Positions 40,386 through 48,705 of a DNA stretch of 64,000 nt are shown here, in pieces. Position 1 is the stretch's first letter, and every line of letters begins with the position of its first letter. Source of the DNA: an uncultured Chloroflexia bacterium (lineage in GTDB: Bacteria; Chloroflexota; Anaerolineae; Anaerolineales; UBA4823). The notes beneath the pieces are model-generated. The model was not told the DNA's origin, did no database searches, and saw only the letters and a list, made by a program, of their open reading frames with translations. A program made the position numbers and the translations under genes. The stretch is taken from assembly GCA_963709875.1 (NCBI GenBank), contig CAVPYB010000005.1, forward strand, positions 56,721 to 120,720, written 5' to 3'.

Positions 40386-41269
40386 TTACCTCCTCACTTT
40401 GCTGACCGGAAAGGCGGGGATCAACCCACTCGCCAGGCTGTCCTCTAACGGATTGCCGCTGGTTCCGATCAGACCTTCGACCATCAGCCGCTCAGCCTCA
40501 CCAGACTGCCCAGTGGGGTGGCAATCTGCGCAGGCCTGGTAATCGAGGATGTCCTGCGCCAGGTGGACTTCTTCCATCGGCTGCGGCTGGTGGTCGTGGC
40601 ATTCATAACAGGTATGGGTGTAGTAGTTCTCGACATGGCAGGTCTGGCAATCCACCTTACCCTGACCGCCGTGATCTAGATAGAAAGTATGCCGGGTGAG
40701 ATAAGCCGGAGTCCAGGCGACGGTGGTGTGGCAGCGCTCGCAGCTCAGCCCGAAGGTGCCCAGGTGGATGGGCGGATCTTCGTGGCAGGCGACGCAGTCG
40801 TGTGGGGCGACTTCCAGGTATGCCTCACCCATCTCGTAGGCGGTCGGCACGAGCTCGAGCGGGCCGGCTTGCTCGGCGATCTGTGCTGCCAGGTCCCAGT
40901 CGGCGTAGCGGATGAAATCGACCAATTCGGAGATCTGGTAATCGTTGAGCATGCCGCCTTCGTCTATGTGCCAGGCAGCCATCTCCGAGCCGTGGGCGGC
41001 GCGGGCGATGGTGCGGAAGAGCAGGTCGGGGTCGACTTCGGTCAGAGCGCGAGGTTGTCCAGACCGGGCATTGCGCCTACTCCCTGACCGTCGTCCCCGT
41101 GGCACAGACGGCAGTGATTGGTGTAGATTTGTGCGCCTTCCACAACCGCCTGCTGGCGGTATACCCCCTGGACGGACTGCATGCGTGCGTCCTCTTGCAG
41201 GGCATATACCGGCAGGGCAATGATGAAAACGACCAGGGCGATCAGTGTAATGAAGGTGTAGCGGTTCAT
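40386..41269 (-). CDS. Membrane-anchored hexaheme cytochrome c (class I domain plus 5-heme domain); frameshift near 41043
   Basis: GAQIY..HCRLCHG..G.G and M.AW...GG.L..QI; then CVACH, CERCH, CQTCH, CYECH, CADCH. Confidence 0.85.
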
Positions 41270-41290
41270 GATGATCTGCTCGCTTCCCGG

Positions 41291-41819
41291 CTAACCGTAG
41301 ACCAGTTGGTCTGGGGAGTAGCTCTCCCGGCGCTGGAGCTGGCTGGTATCCACCTTCACCACCGCCGAGTCGATGCGTACCGGGAAGATATCCAGGGCAC
41401 GCGGTACAGGTTTGCTCTCGAAATCGCCGTAAACATCGAAGCTGGAGGCATGGCACGGGCACAGAGAATCGCTCGTTCGCACCGTCCCATTTGACGCTGC
41501 AGCCCAGATGCGGGCAGCGGCGGTAGATGGCCAGGAAGCCGCCTCCCTGCTCGCGGACCAGGTAGAAGTTCTCTTCAGGAAACTCGGTCACCGTACCGGG
41601 CGGGAAATTCTCGACCGGACCGGCTTTGATCGTACCGCCGAACTCTCCCTCCAGGCTGCGCGAACGCAGGAACATGAATCCGGCTGCACCGGTCTCCACG
41701 ACAGCCAAAGCTCCCAACGCTCCCAGGCCAATGCGCAGGAAATTGCGCCGGGTGAGCGGTGAAGGCTGTGCCTCCTCGACCGGTTGAGCCCTGTTTCCAG
41801 ATGATCTTTTCTTATTCAT
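41291..41819 (-). CDS. Rieske 2Fe-2S protein with Tat signal; frameshift near 41463
   Basis: TRRNFL, CPHLGC, CPCHASSFD, PRALD. Confidence 0.9.
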
Positions 41820-41869
41820 TGCAGTCTCTCCCAGAATTTCAGCAACATTATCCAGTCTCTCGTCAATGC

Positions 41870-43225
41870 TCAAAACGGCAGGATCAAAGCCATATTCTCA
41901 CCGCGTAGGAAGATACCGATCAGGGTCAGCACAACCAGGCTGGCTGCCAGGAAGCTGACCAGGCCGACCATCGCTTCGCTGTGACCCGCTTCTCGACCAG
42001 TAACGTGCAGGACCAGGCGGATCAGGGCGTAGACCAGCGCCAGAGCTGCCAGTGTGAGCGCCAATGGCAGCACGATATCGTTCACAGCCGGCGCCAGAGC
42101 GGGCAGCCAGGTCTCGGGGTCGAGCCAGTATTCATCGGCAGCCACTGCCAGTGGTACGGCAACCAACGCGAGCAGGCTGCCCATCAGCGCAGCCCAGCGC
42201 CCTCCAGTTGAGCGAAAATAGACGCCGATATCCTCTGATTTGCGGTCGATATACGGGACAGCCAGGATTAATCCTGTCAGCAGCCCAACCAGCAGGATCG
42301 CTGCCAGCGGGTGCATGTGCAGCAGCAGCTCCTGCAAGCCCATAAAGTACCAGGCAGCTTTAGCCGGGTTGGGCAACTCGAAGGAGTCTGCCAGATCGCC
42401 CAGTGGCGCAGGTCGCAGCATCGTCCAGATCAGGACCGCGATCAGCACCACCAATGCCACGGCGATCTCCCTCTCCACCAGGTGCGGCAGGGTGGTCAGA
42501 CGTTCCTGGCGCTCCCCGGGCACCCCGATTGGCTGGGAGATGCCGCCGTTCTTGCGCACCTTCCAGAAATGGTAAGCGCTCATGCCCACCAGCAGCAAGG
42601 GGATGAAGACCACGTGCAGGGCGTAGAAGTTGCTCAATGCCCCCTGCCCGACGGTATAGCCGCCCAGCAGCAGGCTGCGCAAGCCGATCCCGGCAGCCGG
42701 GATGTACGACAGCAGGCTGGTGCTGACCGTGATCGCCCAGTAGGCCAGCTGGTCCCAGGGCAGCAGGTAGCCGGTGAAGTTGGCTCCTAACACGAGCAGC
42801 AGCAGGGCAACACCGACCATCCAGTTCATTGTGCGACCAGCCTTATAGCCGCCGGTGAAGAAAACCCGCAGCAGGTGCAGGAATACGGATACCACAAGCA
42901 GGTTGGCAGACCAGTGGTGCACGCCGCGCACCAGCGAGCCGAAGGCCACCTGCAACTCGATCTGCTGGATGCTGATATAGGCGTAGTCAACACGCGCGTC
43001 GTAGCGGAAGATCAGCAGTAGACCGGTGATCCCCAGCAGGAGCCCCAGCACCGCCGATATGCCGCCCAGCCCCCAGGTATAGGTGAAGCGCAGCGCCCTG
43101 GCGGGCACATTGACCGGGTGCAGGTGCAGCACCAGGTTGTTAGCGACCAGCTGCAGGTTGCTCCGGTCGCCCTTGTCCGTATAGATCAAGCGTTGCTTCC
43201 AGTTTGTTCGTGCTCTCTCAGCCAT
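41870..43225 (-). CDS. Cytochrome b (fused b6 plus subunit IV type) of a Rieske/cytb complex
   Basis: RGVHHW, FLHLLRVF, FTGYLLPWDQ.AYWA, FYALH, YHFW; PAKAAWYF. Confidence 0.93.
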   Translation of the reverse strand: MAERARTNWKQRLIYTDKGDRSNLQLVANNLVLHLHPVNVPARALRFTYTWGLGGISAVLGLLLGITGLLLIFRYDARVDYAYISIQQIELQVAFGSLVRGVHHWSANLLVVSVFLHLLRVFFTGGYKAGRTMNWMVGVALLLLVLGANFTGYLLPWDQLAYWAITVSTSLLSYIPAAGIGLRSLLLGGYTVGQGALSNFYALHVVFIPLLLVGMSAYHFWKVRKNGGISQPIGVPGERQERLTTLPHLVEREIAVALVVLIAVLIWTMLRPAPLGDLADSFELPNPAKAAWYFMGLQELLLHMHPLAAILLVGLLTGLILAVPYIDRKSEDIGVYFRSTGGRWAALMGSLLALVAVPLAVAADEYWLDPETWLPALAPAVNDIVLPLALTLAALALVYALIRLVLHVTGREAGHSEAMVGLVSFLAASLVVLTLIGIFLRGENMALILPF

Positions 43226-43250
43226 TGGACTCTCCCCAGAATCATTTCTT

Positions 43251-44744
43251 TCAGTTCTCTAAATGGATGAATGGTAAGTACAGCGGATATACAGGGGGCT
43301 GCTCCACGCCTTCCAGTCCGTGGTAGACAAATACTCGCCCCATGATGGTCTTTTCATCCCTGCGGTACAGCGGTGCACCGACCAGCAGGTCGGCGAAGCC
43401 GTCCTGGTTCACGTCACCGGCATTTGCAGCCGAGAAGCCGAACCAGGAATCGTTCTTATTGCCCTCCACCAGCCAATGCGGGGATGTGTCCAAACCCGCC
43501 GGGCTGCCTTTGTAGATAAAAGCTGCACCTTCGTAGGGCTGGTCCTGCGTGTAGTGATGCGCGCCGACGATCACCTCGTCACAGCCGTCGCCGTCCAGGT
43601 CGGCAGCAGAGGCGACCGAGACGCCGAATCCCGAGCCTGCCTGCCCGCTGTAGCCGATCCAGCGATTTGAAGCGGACAACCCCCCAGAAGAGCCAAAATA
43701 TACGATGGCAGCGCCCTCATCACCTAGACCGGACGGGTTGTCGTATCCCGGTGCACCGATGACGATATCGGCGTAGCCGTCGTTGTTGATGTCACCGGCG
43801 GTCGAGACCGCCTCGCCCAACCGGGCGTAGCTTTGCTCTCCGTTGACTACCAGTGCCGGTAGAGCAGACAGACCGCTCGCAGAGCCAAGGAAGACCAACG
43901 CCTGGCCTTCCTCGACCTGTACGGTCTCGTGCAGCGGAGCACCGATGACCACGTCATCATAGCCATCGCCGTTCACATCCCTGGCGCGGCTGACCGCGCT
44001 GCCGAGCAGGGCTTCACCCTGATCGCCTTCGATAGTCCACGCCGGCACAGTCCCCAGCCCGGCTGGAGAGCCGAGATAGAGGAAAACTGCCCCTTCGGAG
44101 GCCTGCCCGTTGCTGTAGTACGGAGCACCGGCGAGCAGGTCATCGCAGCCATCGCCGTTCACGTCCCCGGCGCTGCTGACCGAAGCGCCAAGCTGGGCGC
44201 TTTTCTGGTCGCTCTGGACGCTCCAATCCGGCAGCAAGGATAGACCGGCTGGCGAGCCGTAGTAGACGTATACAGCGCCTTCTTCGGGATGGTCCTGGTT
44301 AAAGCGCGGCGCACCGATCACAACGTCGGCGTAGCCATCGCAGTTCACATCCCCGGCAGTGGAGACGGAATGCCCAAAGCGCGAGCCTTTGAGCCCGCCG
44401 CCGGCGGACCAAACCGGGTCCTCCGACAGCCCTTGCGGGTTGCCTTTAAACAGGAATGCCACCCCTTCACGGTAGACATCGAGCGAATACTGTGAGGAAC
44501 CGATGATGACATCCTGGTAGCCATCGCCATCCACGTCCCCGGCGCTGCTGACCGAGTAGCCATATTCGGCGCTCTGCTGCACGCCATCGGTGATCCAGTC
44601 CGGGTAGAGGGTCATGATATTAGAAACGAATGATTGCGGGTTTACCGGTGGATGAGCGAGTGCAGGCGTAGCGAAGCTGCCGGTCAGCCCGACCGGGAGC
44701 AGCAGCATGAGGATGAGTGCGGATAGCGTCAGTGTGCGAGACAT
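43251..44744 (-). CDS. Secreted FG-GAP/integrin-alpha repeat protein
   Basis: Signal peptide; 7 repeats (F/L)G.SV..AGDVNGDG..D...GAP; C-terminal LYLPFI. Confidence 0.92.
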   Translation of the reverse strand: MSRTLTLSALILMLLLPVGLTGSFATPALAHPPVNPQSFVSNIMTLYPDWITDGVQQSAEYGYSVSSAGDVDGDGYQDVIIGSSQYSLDVYREGVAFLFKGNPQGLSEDPVWSAGGGLKGSRFGHSVSTAGDVNCDGYADVVIGAPRFNQDHPEEGAVYVYYGSPAGLSLLPDWSVQSDQKSAQLGASVSSAGDVNGDGCDDLLAGAPYYSNGQASEGAVFLYLGSPAGLGTVPAWTIEGDQGEALLGSAVSRARDVNGDGYDDVVIGAPLHETVQVEEGQALVFLGSASGLSALPALVVNGEQSYARLGEAVSTAGDINNDGYADIVIGAPGYDNPSGLGDEGAAIVYFGSSGGLSASNRWIGYSGQAGSGFGVSVASAADLDGDGCDEVIVGAHHYTQDQPYEGAAFIYKGSPAGLDTSPHWLVEGNKNDSWFGFSAANAGDVNQDGFADLLVGAPLYRRDEKTIMGRVFVYHGLEGVEQPPVYPLYLPFIHLEN

Positions 44745-44782
44745 ATTTCTTTCCTAGACCCTCAGGGTCTGGGTAGGTATTT

Positions 44783-44917
44783 GGGTGCCCGCTCGCCTGG
44801 AGAGAGACTGAGCCTGCTGGACCAGGCTGTTTCGAGATCGGGGAGAAGATCTGCGAGCGGGCACCCCCGGTTAGTTGCCTGAGGACTGGCAGTCCATCAA
44901 AGAGGACTGCCAGTCCT
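44783..44917. repeat. Two 14-bp inverted repeats in the intergenic region
   Basis: gggtgcccgctcgc/gcgagcgggcaccc (44783-44866); aggactggcagtcc/ggactgccagtcct (44882-44917). Confidence 0.75.
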
Positions 44918-44928
44918 GGTAGGTACTA

Positions 44929-47900
44929 TTAACGTACGATGGTTGGCAGGTGGATCTGGTACAGGCTCTCCAGCACAACCACCTTGGTGACCTGGTCTAC
45001 AGACCAGTTGCCTTCATTGTCCTTGACCTTGAAGGTGATGGTATGCGTGCCAAGGCTGAGGCTGGTGACCGGGATGCGGATTACCTTCTCGCCGCCCAGC
45101 ACGCCTTGCAGGTCGGAGTTCCACTGGATCTCGACGATGCCGTCGCCGATATGGTCGAGGTCCCTGCCGGTGCCTGCCAGCACCAGGTCGCCGCCGCGGC
45201 TGTGGGCAACCACGCCGTCGCTGACATACAAAATGCCGGCGATGGGCATGTAGTCCTGGGTGGAGCCATCCGGGAGATACAGCATGCGGCGGAAGATGAT
45301 GTCGCTGTCGTAGATCAGCTCGTGACCGTCCTCGTCGATCTCCTCTTTCCACTGGTTCCAGACCGCGTACATGAAGGTGCCGCCGGGGTTGGCGAGCATG
45401 CTGGCTTCGCCGGACAGCTCGTCGGATTTGTTCTCCAGCCACGGCCAGCGGTCGATCAGGTCATCATCGTTTGTGGTGGTGTAATCCATCAGCTCATACT
45501 CGTCGCCGAAGATCGTCGCCCGGCTGTAGTACAGATCGAGCGGTACGGCTTCGCCCTCGGCTACGGTGGTGTTGTCGCCGGTCTCATAGACCATGAAGAA
45601 CTTATCCGGGGCGCGCACTGCATCATCCGTGTACGGCAGATCGGTAAAGGAAATGCCGTTGTCCGTCAGCCAGTCTGTGCTGATGGTGCTGTACAGCTTA
45701 AGACCGCCGGTAGGTGAATAGCGCGGGTCGAGGATTGTGATCTTGTTGCCGATGAGCTGCGAGACGTTGCGCCCCTGCTCGAAGGCGCCGGCCGCGTAGG
45801 TGAAATCGGTGCCCACGCAGTCGCCGGACGCAGTGCTAACGCAGTAGTTCTCGGTGGTGGTGACGCCGGCACCGCCTAACGAGCCAGGTGTGGTGGTCCA
45901 GGTCAGACCGCCGTCGAAGGAGCGGCGCACGTACAGGTTGTAGTGGTCGTTGCCGACCGAGTTGGCCTTCCAGTTAGGCGACCAGGCGTACATGATCATA
46001 ACGATGTCGCCGTCCAGGAAGCCGCGGTGCCCCTTGGCAACGTCGAAAGGATTCTCCCAGGGCTGGTCGTCCAGGTCGCTGTCACCTTCGCAGCCCGCTA
46101 TCGCCCCGCTGCCATCGCACTGCCGCCATTCGGTCACCTTCGGGAAGCTGGTCGTCCCGCCGAGCCAGGGGAAGATCGCCGCGCAGGGATCGTTGCCGCT
46201 GGCGCCGTCGCAGGTGACGATGGTGCTTCCGGAGATGCTGATGGCCGGGTCGAGGCACACGCCCTGCAGGTAGTTGGGGTTCAAGCCGTCGTCGTAAACC
46301 CAGTTCCCGCACTCCATATTCTCGAAGGCATAGGGGTTATCAACCGCAGGATCGAAGCCGACCGGTACGAGCACGCGGCGCAGCATGATGTCCGCCGGAC
46401 CACCCTGGTTGATGATGCCCTGCTTGTAGATCAGCATGGCAGACAGACCGCTGGTCGAATTGTAGGCTGCATCTACCGAGTTAGTGGTCAGTGCAAAGCG
46501 GCGTGAGATCTCGGTCAGATAGTACTCATAACCACGCGTATCGACTTCGACCGGGAAGAAATCGTCGGTGGTCATGTCGATTGCGGGCTGGTTCAGCATT
46601 CCGCCCTGGGCGACGAAGTCGTGATCGAACATGTCGAAGCTGTGATACCAGACGTCCTTGCCGATATCGATCGGCTCGAGAGTGGTCGGGTCGACGATAT
46701 CACCGAGGGCTTTTGTCTCTTCGTAGGCCATCACCACCCAGGCGCTCTTTTCCACATTCCCGTCACCATCCTCATCCACAGCACCCACCGGGGTGTAGGG
46801 CTTGAGGTTCAGGCGCACGCGCGTAGAAGCCACACGGCCGTTCAGCAGGCGGTTATCATCCGTTTCGCACAGGATCAGTGATGTGCCGCCTGGATTGGTC
46901 CAGGATACCTGGGTCGTGCAGAAGTCCGAAGTCGCCGGTAGGCGCATCGGGCAGGGCGAGCGGATCGAGAGAAGCCAGGTCGTCGAAATCGACGTAGCAG
47001 TACGGGTCGCTGCCGGTTGCCTTGCACATATTATTATCCGTCAGGCGTACCGGCATGGCCATCGGTACGTAGGACTTGGGCATGGTCGTGCCCAGGTAGT
47101 CTTCCATAGCAACTGCACCGACAACGTTATCGACTTCGAATACCTCGTCGAAGTCAGCGTAGCTGATATAGGAATACCAGATATCAGTCTTCTGGTTGGC
47201 GATGGCGCCGCTCCAGCCCTCGCCCGGTCCTAACCCCTGACCGGGGCGCAGACCCTCGGGGTCTTCCTGCCAGGTGAGGATGCAGCCGGCGTCCTTGGCG
47301 CAGTCCACCGCGGGCAGGTTGGCGTCCCGCCGCCCGGAGGTCAGCCGCTCGGGCTTGGCCCACATCACGTAGCTGGATTCAACCGCGCCTGTGGAGGGGT
47401 CATCGCCTGCCAGCAGCTTGCCGCGGGTAGTCCAGATGCAGGAGAAGGGGATCTCGCCGATCTCGGGGAATCCCAGCTCGGTATAGTCCACCGAGCGCTG
47501 GGTTCCAGCGATCCCAAACAAGTCGTACAGGTACATCTCATCCACCCCGTAGGTGACCTTCAGGTCATCCAGGTATGCAGCCTCTGCAGCCGGATCGACG
47601 GTGTAGAGCGGAGTGCCGCCATCGCAGTACTTGCTTGCCCAGGCGATGAAGATACGGTCGCCGGCAACCTGGTGGACGACGTTATGCACGTCGCCCGGGT
47701 AGGGGTGGCCGTTCTGCAGGGTAAACGAGGTCAGGTCAGCAGAACGCGATAGGTTGGTAGTCTTCCAGCTGGTGCCGTCATCCAGCGAGACGCCGACATA
47801 GGCATCAAACTCCCCGAAGCTGATGCCACCCATGATGGAATTCCCAAGTGGCTCTTCATGAGGCATGTCGTCGATATACACCGAGATGAGCGGCTTGGCG

Positions 47901-48160
47901 AAATCGCGCGCCGGGTAGTCAATGGCAGCGCTCCCATCAGCCAGCAGATAATTATCCACCGGGCCGACGGTGCCATCCGACGCCTGGGCGGGGACGTAGA
48001 AGTCCATCATGTAGATGGCAGCCTTCTCCGTCTCGCCTTCCGGCGTCTTGGAAATATTGCGGCGGAACAGCAGTCCATCCTCAGCCAGCACCGTAGTAGT
48101 GATCAAGCCGAGGACGGCGATAACCGCCAGGATTATGATGAATTTCTTTTTTGCATCCAT
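44929..48160 (-). CDS. Large secreted acidic protein, choice-of-anchor O-like, with PKD-like C-terminal domain; frameshift near 46945
   Basis: Signal peptide; SLDDG.SW..TNLSRSA, WQEDPEGLRPG.G.GPGEGWSGA..KTDIWYS, AKGHRGFLDGD, RRSFDGG.TW; GTHTITFKVKDN.GNWS; ends IHLPTIVR. Family name from recall. Confidence 0.72.
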
Positions 48161-48302
48161 TGAACTTCCTCCACGATCTGATAATCAAGCCTTATATATG
48201 GTCAGGTTTGGAATTGAAGCAGGCAGCCCGGTTGGGTCTCCTCATAAGCCCTCCTTGTCCAGGTAAGACAATTTGCGAAATTGTCCTACGTAGGTTATAT
48301 CT

Positions 48303-48512
48303 TCAGCGATCAACAGATAATTCATCCTCAAGCCATGCGCGTCCTGGCTCCTCAGAGCATTCTTCCAGGAAGCTGCACAGCTGTGGCAAGCTCGAAAAAT
48401 ATTGGCACTGACCGGTTGAAATGTTTTGCAGCGAAGCCCGCCATTCCCCATCAATGGTTTCTCTCCACAGGCGTAAAAGGTAGGATTGGTACAGCCAGAG
48501 ATTTGATCTCAT
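48303..48512 (-). CDS. Small conserved hypothetical protein ('YxSYLLRLWR' family)
   Basis: YQSYLLRLWR..EWRASLQ..TG...F.SL..L..FL; paralog of 13530..13769. Confidence 0.72.
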   Translation of the reverse strand: MRSNLWLYQSYLLRLWRETIDGEWRASLQNISTGQCQYFSSLPQLCSFLEECSEEPGRAWLEDELSVDR

Positions 48513-48561
48513 TGTCAGGTTTCCATGCCCTGGAGACGTACATACAAGTACGGCTGAATTG

Positions 48562-48615
48562 ATTATCCTCATGCCGCGTGAATGCTGTGTTATAAAGGCG
48601 TGAAATTAGCGTGAA
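48562..48615 (-). promoter_or_regulatory. SARP/BTAD-type activator site plus -10 box of the cytochrome unit
   Basis: GCGTGAA at 48576, 48598, 48609 (22- and 11-bp spacing); proximal copy 8 nt from GATAAT on the minus strand. Confidence 0.65.
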
Positions 48616-48705
48616 AATAATCACGGATTCTGTTGTACAATATATGTGATACAGTTTGCGCTTTGGCACATTGATAGAGCGGCAGCGAGGTATTTTGGCG
48701 GGGAA

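Noticed and set aside
40386-41873. 495-aa apparent Rieske-multiheme fusion ORF
   Set aside because: Produced by two compensating frameshifts. The second Rieske motif (CPCH) and the cytochrome c N-terminus (CRLCH) lie in other frames with their own stop and start.
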